Origin: a candidate division FCPU426 bacterium
Lineage (GTDB): Bacteria > Oederibacteriota > Muellerivitia > Muellerivitales > Muellerivitaceae
DNA: 64,000 bases
Direction: 5' to 3'
NCBI GenBank assembly: GCA_963847625.1
Contig: CAWKAR010000022.1
Span: forward strand, 34,405 to 98,404
Shown: positions 38,594 through 47,234 of the stretch, piece by piece
How positions within the stretch are numbered: the stretch's first letter is position 1
Layout: the number at the start of each line of letters is the position of its first letter
Program-made: the position numbers and the translations under genes
The notes under the pieces: model-generated
The model's database searches: none
Told to the model about the DNA's origin: nothing
What the model saw: only the letters and a program-made list of their open reading frames with translations

Positions 38594-38814
38594 TTGACCG
38601 GTCCGTTCTTTTTGGGATGCGCCATTATTTCATAAATAAAAAGCCTTAACACATTTTTATCGTTTGCCAAATCGCGGGAATTGTAATGAAAAGGGGCCTT
38701 TTTGGAATGGGCGGACGATCCAAAGAACTCTTATAAGTTCCGCTTAAGTCAGAATTTTTTCTGGGTTAAAAAACCATCCGTAATTGAAGGAAACGGTTTA
38801 AGAAAAACCCGTTA

Positions 38815-40485
38815 TCAGTAACAGTATCCAGCGTAGATGACGCCTTGTCCGGTGTTGTAAGTCGGTGGCGGCGTTGCGGCTGGCGTTGCCAATATATCCA
38901 AGTAAGGATTGGGCATGACGGCTCCGCCCCCTTCCCACGTAATCAAGGCATTCGAACCAGATGCGGCTTCCAAAAAAATCGTACTATTTATTGTACTGGC
39001 GCAGGCCAGCCAATAAGTTCCCGCGGGAAGGTTGACGCTTGGCACGACGGGAATATCATTGATCCCGGTGACCAGGGATTGGGGGGCGGATACCCAAATC
39101 AGGTCCATTGGATAACCGCTGGGGTAATTGGTATAGATGCCCACGTACCCGTAATTGGGAATTCCCATATCGACCGATATCATGGAAACCGACGCGCTTT
39201 GGGTGATGGCGTACTGTTGAGCCATCGTAGACCCGACAAAGGTTACTGGGTAGCCACCTAGGGATGCGTCCCCAAAAACAGTCGTGGAGGCACAAACAAT
39301 CGTAATAGTAGGTGTCGGGGTGTAAGGAAGTGGCGATGGGGTCGGTGTTACGGTCGATGTTCCAGTTGGAGCGGCAGTGGGGCTGTTCGTGGATGTTGGA
39401 GTCCCCGGCGGGGTCGGCGTCATAGTGGAAGTAACAGTATTTATAGAAGTCGGAGTGGAGGTCATAGTCTTCGTAGACGTGTTCATGGCCGTGTTCGTCG
39501 CAGTAGAAGTCATAGTCTTCGTAGACGTTTCCGTGACCGTGTTCGTCGCAGTAGAGGTTATAGTCTTCGTAGACGTGTTCGTGGCGGTGTGTGTGGAAGT
39601 TGGCGATGGGGGTGGGGTTGAGGTTGGAGTTCCTGGATCAGTGGTGACTGTGGGGGTGAGGGTATTTGTTGGAGATGGAGTGGACGTGGAAGAATTCGTG
39701 GGTGTAGAGGTCACCAGTTGAGTTGCTGTCGGGGTAGTCGTTTCGGTCTCGGTTTCAGTCGCGGTGGTTGTAAAAGTGTCGGTGGATGCGGGAGTCAAGA
39801 TCGGCGTCGGCGTTAGTGTGGGAGTTTTAGTATCTGTATCAATCGGGGTGAAAGTGGATGTGTCTGTAGGTATTAATGTTACCGGCTGGGTCGCGGTTTC
39901 AGTCGCGGTGGATGTGGAAGTTTCCGTGGGTGTTGAAGTCAAGATCGAGGTCGGCGTTAAGATAGGGGTTACAGTCTCAGTATCAGTGGGGGTGTAAGTG
40001 GGGGTGTCCGTGGGTGTTAAGGCCACTTGTTGGGTCAGCGTTAAAGTGGGAGTTAAGGTCGTTGTATCAGTCGGAGTGTAAGTGGGGGTGTCTGTGGGAA
40101 TGAAGGACACCGGTTGGGTCAGAGTTAAAGTGGGAGTTAAGGTCGTTGTATCAGTGGAGGTGTCTGTAGGTATTAAAGTCACCGGCTGGGTTGGCGTTAT
40201 AGTAGGAGTTACAGTCTCAGTATCAGTCGGGGTGTAAGTTGGGGTATCCGTGGGAATGAAGGACACCGGCTGGGTCGCCGTAATAGAGGGGGTAATGGTT
40301 GTTGTAAAAGTCGCAGTGTTGGTTAAAGGCGGAGTCGCGGTAATGGTGAGAGTCGTGGTTTGGGAGATGGGTAAGGCCATGGTTGGGACTGGATTTGGCG
40401 CGAAAGGCAGGGGTGCGCGCTGGCATCCCCAAAAACCCGCAAAAACCAAGACCAAACAAATAAATAAGGAATATAGAATCCTCAA
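38815..40485 (-). CDS. Thr/Pro-rich (mucin-like) lipoprotein with small C-terminal beta domain
   Basis: Lipobox-like FWGC after a hydrophobic stretch; about 350 aa Thr/Pro repeats; C-terminal VNLPAGTYWLA domain; GGAGG SD, TTG start. Confidence 0.8.
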   Translation of the reverse strand: MRILYSLFICLVLVFAGFWGCQRAPLPFAPNPVPTMALPISQTTTLTITATPPLTNTATFTTTITPSITATQPVSFIPTDTPTYTPTDTETVTPTITPTQPVTLIPTDTSTDTTTLTPTLTLTQPVSFIPTDTPTYTPTDTTTLTPTLTLTQQVALTPTDTPTYTPTDTETVTPILTPTSILTSTPTETSTSTATETATQPVTLIPTDTSTFTPIDTDTKTPTLTPTPILTPASTDTFTTTATETETETTTPTATQLVTSTPTNSSTSTPSPTNTLTPTVTTDPGTPTSTPPPSPTSTHTATNTSTKTITSTATNTVTETSTKTMTSTATNTAMNTSTKTMTSTPTSINTVTSTMTPTPPGTPTSTNSPTAAPTGTSTVTPTPSPLPYTPTPTITIVCASTTVFGDASLGGYPVTFVGSTMAQQYAITQSASVSMISVDMGIPNYGYVGIYTNYPSGYPMDLIWVSAPQSLVTGINDIPVVPSVNLPAGTYWLACASTINSTIFLEAASGSNALITWEGGGAVMPNPYLDILATPAATPPPTYNTGQGVIYAGYCY

Positions 40486-40523
40486 AAACCGCCTCCGGGA
40501 AACGATTCACAGACCGTCAATCA

Positions 40524-40552
40524 TATAGTGTTGTTTGGGCGATATTTATTCC
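40524..40552 (-). promoter_or_regulatory. Putative ECF promoter, copy 1
   Basis: GGAATAAAT-N12-ACACTATA, identical in both blocks and spacing to the copy at 42675-42703. Confidence 0.7.
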
Positions 40553-40948
40553 CTCTCGCCACCACTTTTTTTAAGGTTTTTCCAGTTTATCACAACACGG
40601 GATTATTGGTTAAAATCAGCCTTTTCGGGGGATTTGCGGTTGTTTCAAGGCAATCCCCCCTTTTTCCGAACCCTCCTTAATCCATTTAAACCCTCTTATC
40701 TCATCCCGATACATGATTTTATTGAAAGAAGTTTGGAAAATGTTTTCACGTAATAACGCAAACAACCTACCTATAGGGATTGGTAAAGGCTTTTTATTCC
40801 CGCCCGTATAAAAAATATTCCCGAACCTTAAACGTTCCCAACCCCGTTCCAACGATATAAAATATTGCCTCGTTACGCGCGTTGACGCGTTATGGAACGA
40901 ATTCAAAATATTTACGAAACATCCCGGCCGTAAAAAGGCCTATAAGCC

Positions 40949-41335
40949 ATGATGAATTTCCGCTTCCTGCGCCATTTGAATAAGCGGCTTCTATTTGCGG
41001 CCGCCTTTCTTTTAATTACCTGGCTCGCCTCACCGGCTGTTCCTTTCCAGAATCCCCAACCCGGTTCCTGTTTCGTCTATCCAGCACCCGCCACCAGCAA
41101 CTGGGCCTGGGTGGTCTATAACATGCCCCAAAACGGATCGGTCAATGTAAGGGTCTACAACGAGGCCGGGGAATTGGTTTTGGAGGTTGGCGAACCAAAA
41201 TCGGCCGGCGTCCAGGAAACGTTTATGAACCTGTTTTATCTTCGCGACGGGGTCTTCCTCTGCAGGGTATTCCTCACCCCCGATGGCGGCGTAACACAGA
41301 CACTGAAAACCTTCAAATTCACGGTGGTTCGATGA
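40949..41335 (+). CDS. Signal peptide + stand-alone T9SS type-A-like C-terminal domain (module 2)
   Basis: FVYPAP...VRVYNEAGELV...GVFLCRV...KFTVVR; parallels the tail of 29347-30663; ATGA overlap with the next gene. Confidence 0.72.
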   Translation: MMNFRFLRHLNKRLLFAAAFLLITWLASPAVPFQNPQPGSCFVYPAPATSNWAWVVYNMPQNGSVNVRVYNEAGELVLEVGEPKSAGVQETFMNLFYLRDGVFLCRVFLTPDGGVTQTLKTFKFTVVR

Positions 41336-42681
41336 AAAGGCGGTTTTTTAAAAATATCCTATGGGCCTTCTGTCCGTTTTTTCTTTGGATCCCTCTTGTT
41401 TCCTTTGCTGACCAGACCGCTTATACGACCGCTTACATTCCTTATCCTTTGGAAGACATGGGCCATTCCCCCCGGGCCGCGGCCCTGGGCTCGGCTTTCG
41501 CAGCCGTGGAAGGGGACGCCTTCTGTCTATTTGAAAACCCCGCCGGCTTGGGAAACATCCTGGAACAGCAAATTTCGCTTGTCCACCAGTCCTGGATTTC
41601 CGACATAAACCAGGAAACCCTGGTAGGTGCCTTCTCCATGGAAAAACTGGGCATCCTGGCCATCGGGGCCAATTACCTCAATTTCGGGACCATGGACGGC
41701 TACGACGCCAACGGCTTTTCCACCTCGACTTACCGGCCTTACCGCGCCTCCCTGTCCCTGGGTTGGGGGTCTTATATTTATCCAAACTTATCCCTGGGAT
41801 TCTCCCTTCGGGGTCTGGAACAATCCCTGGCTTCGGACCAGAACAACATCGCTACATCGTTAAACGCCGGTATGCTCTGGAGCTTGTCTCCACGCCTGAA
41901 AATAGGTGGTTATGGCGCCTTTCTCTATAGCGATGCTGATGCCGGCCTGGGCCAGATGAAATGGGGCGCCTCCTATACCCTGCCGGTGATCGGGGATGAC
42001 CCGGCGCTTCTTTTGGCGGATATATCCATGCCGCCCCAGGGGGTTTACAAGATCCAATGCGGAATAGAGCAGACTTTTGTATCCGTGCTGAGTGTCCGGA
42101 TTGGGAACCAATGGGAATTTAAAAACAACGAAATCGGGGGATTTCGGGGATTCGCCGCGGGTTTGGGCCTCCGTTGGAAGGGTCTTGATTTAAGCGCCAG
42201 TTTCGCCCCTGACGGGGACTTGGGCTCCTCCCTCATGCTGGGTCTGACCTATCTTATACCGGTGGAACAACCTGGCCCTCCTCCACCCCCACCCCCTCCC
42301 CCCCAAAAACCCGAACCGGCCCTGGAACCGCCGGTAACTTTCAAACCCCCGGAGAAAATTTCTCCCAATGACGAGGTGATTTGGGTGAAAATGCAATTCA
42401 AGCTTCCAGAACTGGTTTCCGGTGGAACAGCCCCATCCGTCACCCCCTCCCCGGAACGGGACCGTAAGATTGAGATCCTGGCTAAAAAAGTCCAGTCCGA
42501 TCCCCAGGATTTCCAAGCCTGGCTGGCCCTGGGAAGCCTCTATTATCAGGCTGGAAAGCCTGATTTTACGGTCCAATGCTTCGAGGAGGCCCTCCGGCTG
42601 AAACCGGACACCCCCCCCTTGAAAGCCTGGTTGGAGCAATATCACAAGCTATTTCCACCGGTTTCCGCCCCCGGGGAATAA
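41332..42681 (+). CDS. PorV/PorQ-like outer-membrane beta-barrel with poly-Pro linker and C-terminal TPR (module 2)
   Basis: Signal peptide; SPRAAALGSAFAAVEGD...NPAGLG; barrel-like strands; PPPPPPPPP; TPR AWLALGSLYY...PDTPPLKAWLEQY. Confidence 0.82.
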   Translation: MKRRFFKNILWAFCPFFLWIPLVSFADQTAYTTAYIPYPLEDMGHSPRAAALGSAFAAVEGDAFCLFENPAGLGNILEQQISLVHQSWISDINQETLVGAFSMEKLGILAIGANYLNFGTMDGYDANGFSTSTYRPYRASLSLGWGSYIYPNLSLGFSLRGLEQSLASDQNNIATSLNAGMLWSLSPRLKIGGYGAFLYSDADAGLGQMKWGASYTLPVIGDDPALLLADISMPPQGVYKIQCGIEQTFVSVLSVRIGNQWEFKNNEIGGFRGFAAGLGLRWKGLDLSASFAPDGDLGSSLMLGLTYLIPVEQPGPPPPPPPPPQKPEPALEPPVTFKPPEKISPNDEVIWVKMQFKLPELVSGGTAPSVTPSPERDRKIEILAKKVQSDPQDFQAWLALGSLYYQAGKPDFTVQCFEEALRLKPDTPPLKAWLEQYHKLFPPVSAPGE

Positions 42682-42703
42682 ATCGGGCCCTTCCGACACT
42701 ATA
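42675..42703 (+). promoter_or_regulatory. Putative ECF (autoregulatory) promoter, copy 2
   Basis: GGAATAAAT-N12-ACACTATA ending 14 nt before the ECF sigma ATG; the upstream block overlaps the barrel gene stop codon. Confidence 0.72.
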
Positions 42704-42717
42704 GAGTAAGGACAAAA

Positions 42718-43290
42718 ATGGAAAGCGAACGGGACCTAGTCAAAAAAATACTTTCCGGCGACAAGGAAGCTCAAACCCGTTTTTACCAGGAAAACGCGAG
42801 GCGCCTTTACCCCATTTGCGTGCATTTTTTGGGATACCAGGACCTCGAAGCCGAGGACCTCGTGCAAGAGGCCTTCCTCATCGCCTTCAGGAAACTCGCG
42901 CAGTTTGAGTTCCGTTCCAGCCTCTATACCTGGATGGCCCATATTTGCGTGAACCTTTGTTACGAAAGGCTGAGGAAAAGAAAACGGGAGTTGGGGACCC
43001 TACATGAGGATTTGGAACGGATGTCCCAGCCCCAAGCGGGAATTCGGTTGCAGGAGGAACAATTGGAGGCGGAAAAAAGGAGCCAGCTGGAAACCCTGGA
43101 TCGGCTGATGAAATCCATGAGCGAAAAATGCCGGCAGGTCCTGGAACTTCGGGACCGCCAGGGCATTAGTTATATCGATCTCTCCCGGAAGTTGAAGATG
43201 CCGCCCGGGACCGTGATGTCCCAATTGGCCCGTTGCCGCCAGGCCTTGAAGAGCTTGCTGGAAAGCGAACGAAGGGAAGTGGAGATTTGA
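42718..43290 (+). CDS. ECF sigma factor (module 2)
   Basis: EAEDLVQEAFLIAF, SSLYTWMAHICVN, GISYIDLS...PPGTVMSQLARCR. Confidence 0.93.
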   Translation: MESERDLVKKILSGDKEAQTRFYQENARRLYPICVHFLGYQDLEAEDLVQEAFLIAFRKLAQFEFRSSLYTWMAHICVNLCYERLRKRKRELGTLHEDLERMSQPQAGIRLQEEQLEAEKRSQLETLDRLMKSMSEKCRQVLELRDRQGISYIDLSRKLKMPPGTVMSQLARCRQALKSLLESERREVEI

Positions 43291-43934
43291 ACCCATTGGT
43301 GGAGGAATATTTCAAGCGTGACCTGACCGAGGCGGAAGAAACGCGCCTGGCCGAGATTCTCCATGCCTCTCCCGACGAGGCCTTGCGGTTCGCCCAGGGA
43401 ATGGCCGCCCATTACCTGGAGTTGGGCCTGCCCGAACCCGTATGGCCCGAAAAACCCATGGCCTATCCGGACACCCTGGTAAAACCCGTGAAGCATTTCC
43501 CCTGGTTAGGCATGTCAGTCTTTCTCTTGATACTCATCCTTTTAGGTCTCATCAAATTGAATACCGTGAAGGAATCCTTGCCTGTGTCCGCACCCGTACC
43601 CCACCCGAAGGCCCTGCTCAAGAAAAATCCCCTGGCGGTTCATCGTGAGGCGCCGCCCGCTCCCTTCCTCCCCCCAGCCGCACCGCCCAGCCGGTATGAG
43701 GAGCTTTCGGTGACCGTAGAGATGCCCCAAAGCGCCTTGGCGACGGTAAAAGTTTTCGATCAAACCGGGAACGTCGTTCGCACCCTTTTCGCGGGCATTC
43801 TCCCGTCGGGCCGGCAGACATTCATTTGGGATGGAAAAACCACCCAGGGATTGAACTCCGCGCCAGGCCTCTACACCCTCGAGGTGCGCTCGGGCCAAAA
43901 CCTGATGAAAAAACAGATCCGGTTACAGCCCTAA
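43287..43934 (+). CDS. Putative anti-sigma factor with single TM and C-terminal FlgD-Ig-like domain (module 2)
   Basis: LVEEYFKRDLTEAEE helix, one TM, Pro-rich linker, VKVFDQTGNVVRTL...WDGKTTQGLNSAPGLY; TTGA overlap with the sigma stop. Confidence 0.77.
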   Translation: MNPLVEEYFKRDLTEAEETRLAEILHASPDEALRFAQGMAAHYLELGLPEPVWPEKPMAYPDTLVKPVKHFPWLGMSVFLLILILLGLIKLNTVKESLPVSAPVPHPKALLKKNPLAVHREAPPAPFLPPAAPPSRYEELSVTVEMPQSALATVKVFDQTGNVVRTLFAGILPSGRQTFIWDGKTTQGLNSAPGLYTLEVRSGQNLMKKQIRLQP

Positions 43935-43974
43935 CGAATGGTTTTCTTAAATTTGAAACTTAAAATTCAAAATT

Positions 43975-46900
43975 TTATTTAGTCGTTTCCACCAAGTAGT
44001 AGGTCACTTGGTCCTTGGGCGAGATCGTGAACTTCAACTTGCCTTCCTCCATTTTCGCGTCCAGCGCCTTGCCCTTGTTCCCCGACTCGTCTAAAGGCGT
44101 TACACTGCAACTCTTTCCCCCGACCTTCATGGCAATGTCCGCTTGGACCCCCTGCATGAGGATCGGGGTGTGTCCAGCGTCCTTCAGGGAGGTCCGGGTG
44201 GGGTTATAAACCTGGCCGCTGTTCTCGGCCCTGGCCACCGCCACTACCAGGATCTTTTCGGATTCCGCCAGGGGTTTCTTATCCAGGCTGACAGCCAGGA
44301 TGCTGGCCCAGGGATTGCGCTTGGCCGCGCTGACCACCAGGCCCTGAGCGCTGAAAGCCTCTCCCGTGCCGATGGCGCCCGTGAAGCCCTGCACAAAGGG
44401 GCTGTCCAGTTTCAAGACCCCCTTGCCGTAGTCAAGCGTTTGCTCGCCGGTGGAGCTTTGGATAACCTTGGCCTGGGCGTCGTAAAGTTTTTCCACCTGG
44501 GTCAGGTCGGAAGCCGCCTCTTCCTTGGCGCCCGTGAACTTCTTCGCGACCCTGGCGGCATAGGGCAGCCAGGGGTGGTCGAACAGCCAGTTGCTCTTGC
44601 TTCCGTTGGCGAGAATATCCTTGTCCTCGATGGGCTCCATGACGGTGACTTCCGAGGGTTTCAGGAGACCCTGCCTAAAAATCACGGCGCCCGCTTGGTT
44701 CAAGGGTTCGTTGTCCGGCCGGGAATTGATGGCGAAGTTTGACATCTTTTGCGACCCGATCAGCGAGGGCCCGTAGTCGTACTGCAACAGCCCGTCCCAG
44801 TCCTGCAGGCTCGCGTAGGCCGCCATCATGACGGGCCCCTCGATGCGGTACTCGTTAGGAACGCAATCGTTCCATTCGGTGATGATAAGGGGCAGGCCCT
44901 GGACGCGCACGTGGGACAGGCTGAAAAGAAGCGACCCCTGGAAGGGATTCTTGAGTTGGGAATTGTTGTTCATGGGAGCGTGGTCCACGTTCTGCCAGCC
45001 GCCCGCGATGTTCCAGATCTGCGGGTGGTCCCAGTAGGCGTGGGTGTCCATGAAATCCATGACCGAGTCGCTCTTGACGTTGCCCAAGACCGGCAGGCCC
45101 ATGTTGCTGCCGGTTAAAAGCGCGTGGGGGCTGACCTTCCTGAGGAAAGCCTTCATTTCCAGGTTGCTCTTCACGACCGTTTCGAGCAGGAACTTCAGGC
45201 TCGAGTCGGCGTTTTCCGGGTTCTGGGTGGGCAATAGCTTTTGCCCATCCCAATCGAACTTGAAGTGGGTGATCTTGCCTGTCCCGCCCCAGGCTTCGTA
45301 CATCTTCTGGAGTTCGTCCCAGAAGGGCTGGGGAAAGTTCTGCTCGCCGAAGCCGCAGAAGATGGAGGATTCGTTGACGATCTCGTTGCCCACGTAAACC
45401 GGGTCGTCCTTGAGGGCCATGCCCGTGTAGGGGTTCACGTGGGTAAGGAGCATTTGGGCATACTTCTTGTTGAGCTCGATGATGCGGCGGCTGAAATGGA
45501 TGACCGTCTTGGCGCCGTCCTCCAGCTCGGAGGAGCCGTCCACCTGGTCACCCTTGCGGAACTTGCGTCCCACCGACCAGTCGGGGTAAACGTAGATGCC
45601 GTTCTTTTTCAAGGCCGCGATGAGGTAGTCTATCTTGTCCAGCGATTCCGGGTTGAAGGTCTGGGTGTTGTCGGCATTCGGCACGAAAAGGCTCACGTCG
45701 CCCCAGTTGTTGTCCAGGAAAGGCATGCGCACCAGGTTGAAGCCGAGTTTCGCCATGCGCTCGGCCACCAGGCCAGCCTCCTCATGCCCGATAAACAGGT
45801 TGAGCCCCGAGCCGTCCGTGCCCCAGAACCTGACACGCGTGCCGTCGGCAAAGACAAAATGCCCCTTCTTGACTGAAACAAAGCCGTGGGTGCCGGCCGG
45901 CTTCTCATTCAGATAGGAAAAGTCAAGCGGGGCGTCCGAGGCCTTGGCTGGAGGCTTGTAGGCGTACCAATCGGAAGTGTCGGTGACCTGTTCGGTCTTG
46001 AGTGTGGCCTGGATTTTTTTTCCATCGGCGTCCAGGAGCGTGAGGGAAAGGTCGTCGAACCAGGCCTTGCCCGTGCAGTTGCCGAGCCCAGCGTCCACCC
46101 AGGCCTGAGTGGTTCCAGGCGGCAGAGTATATTTTCTCTCGTAATAGGTCCAGTCGGTGTCGCCGACCACTTTGCACACCGAATCCTGCCACCCGCCCAC
46201 CTGCTTGTTGTTGTCGTCCCGGAAATCGATGCCGAGCCGCGCGGCCTCCCAGGTTTCCTTGCCGCGCACCACTCCCTGGGTCTTCACCCAGCCTCCGTAA
46301 ACCAGAGAAGCGGGGGTTTTGCCCTGGAAAGACACCAACTGGCCCGCCAGGTTCCAGGAGGGTGTGTCGTTTTGGGCGACGCCGCAGTGAACCGACTGGT
46401 GCCCGTTCCCGGTGATGTGGCATTGGCTCCATTCGCCGGAACCGGGCATTTCAAAGCCAGGGTTCATGATCCAGTTGTCGCCCTTGACTACCAGGGGCGC
46501 CTGGAGGCCGGGATGCGTGGATTTACCGGCGGCCAGGGGTTTTAGGTCGTAGTCATACATGAGGCATTGAATGCCGCTGAACCAGGCCTTGCCCGTGCAA
46601 TGGTCCAGCACCACACCCACGCGCGCGTAGGACGCGCCTGGGGGAACCGTATATTGGTTGGAATAAAAGTCCCAATCGTGGGTGCCTTTGAGCCTGGCGA
46701 TGTCCGCGGGCCAGTCCCCGGCGCGAACGCCCCTTTCGTCGTAAAAGATCACCGTGATTCGGGCCATTTCCCAATCGTGCAATCCCGCCACCGAGACGCC
46801 CTCGGTCTTCATCCAGCCCGAGACCTCGATGGCCGGGGGAAGCGGCTGGGGCAGTTTAACGTCCTGCTCCAGGGAGTTCCAGGTGAATTGGGTGTTTTCC

Positions 46901-47073
46901 AGGAAGGCCGCGGGATTCCCTTCCCGGCCGGTTTGGGTGACCGGGGCGGGTTTCCACGCTTCCTGGGTCTTGAAATCGCCGTTCACGACCCAATTGAGGT
47001 TGGGGGTCGCCGCCAATTGGCTCCCCAGCGCAAGCCAAATAAGGATACAGATTAATAATTTGAACTTTTTCAT
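43975..47073 (-). CDS. Secreted clan GH-A glycoside hydrolase (GH5/GH148-like) with two N-terminal CBM4/9-like modules
   Basis: Signal peptide; two NGDF/NPGFE...GKAWF modules; RVRFWG, KLGFNLVR, HVNPYTG, EIVNES (acid/base), ITEWN (nucleophile). Confidence 0.8.
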   Translation of the reverse strand: MKKFKLLICILIWLALGSQLAATPNLNWVVNGDFKTQEAWKPAPVTQTGREGNPAAFLENTQFTWNSLEQDVKLPQPLPPAIEVSGWMKTEGVSVAGLHDWEMARITVIFYDERGVRAGDWPADIARLKGTHDWDFYSNQYTVPPGASYARVGVVLDHCTGKAWFSGIQCLMYDYDLKPLAAGKSTHPGLQAPLVVKGDNWIMNPGFEMPGSGEWSQCHITGNGHQSVHCGVAQNDTPSWNLAGQLVSFQGKTPASLVYGGWVKTQGVVRGKETWEAARLGIDFRDDNNKQVGGWQDSVCKVVGDTDWTYYERKYTLPPGTTQAWVDAGLGNCTGKAWFDDLSLTLLDADGKKIQATLKTEQVTDTSDWYAYKPPAKASDAPLDFSYLNEKPAGTHGFVSVKKGHFVFADGTRVRFWGTDGSGLNLFIGHEEAGLVAERMAKLGFNLVRMPFLDNNWGDVSLFVPNADNTQTFNPESLDKIDYLIAALKKNGIYVYPDWSVGRKFRKGDQVDGSSELEDGAKTVIHFSRRIIELNKKYAQMLLTHVNPYTGMALKDDPVYVGNEIVNESSIFCGFGEQNFPQPFWDELQKMYEAWGGTGKITHFKFDWDGQKLLPTQNPENADSSLKFLLETVVKSNLEMKAFLRKVSPHALLTGSNMGLPVLGNVKSDSVMDFMDTHAYWDHPQIWNIAGGWQNVDHAPMNNNSQLKNPFQGSLLFSLSHVRVQGLPLIITEWNDCVPNEYRIEGPVMMAAYASLQDWDGLLQYDYGPSLIGSQKMSNFAINSRPDNEPLNQAGAVIFRQGLLKPSEVTVMEPIEDKDILANGSKSNWLFDHPWLPYAARVAKKFTGAKEEAASDLTQVEKLYDAQAKVIQSSTGEQTLDYGKGVLKLDSPFVQGFTGAIGTGEAFSAQGLVVSAAKRNPWASILAVSLDKKPLAESEKILVVAVARAENSGQVYNPTRTSLKDAGHTPILMQGVQADIAMKVGGKSCSVTPLDESGNKGKALDAKMEEGKLKFTISPKDQVTYYLVETTK

Positions 47074-47178
47074 GACGGCTCCTTATATAAGTTCAACGCA
47101 ATTCTTTTGCCATGATTAGACAATTTTTTTCGTAAAAGTGTCGAGCGCAAAGACAATAATTTGTAAGGTTATTTGAAC

Positions 47179-47216
47179 AAAAAAAAAGCGGCCCGCCTTT
47201 TAGACGGGCCGCTTTT
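47179..47216 (-). terminator. Intrinsic terminator (probably bidirectional)
   Basis: A-run, GCGGCCCG stem, CGGGCCGC, T-run; just downstream of the large lipoprotein gene. Confidence 0.85.
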
Positions 47217-47234
47217 ATAAAACTGTTCAAACGA

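Noticed and set aside
38594..38814. preQ1 riboswitch upstream of the queE/queC operon
   Set aside because: No recognisable preQ1 stem-loop with an A-rich tail by eye; an Infernal search would be decisive.
40616..40906. 96-aa ORF in the divergent spacer before module 2
   Set aside because: AT-rich, no clear SD or motif; more likely regulatory DNA.
27984..43934. Complete type IX secretion locus
   Set aside because: No SprA, PorK/L/M/N or PorU-like genes in the window; only PorV-like and CTD-like parts are supported.
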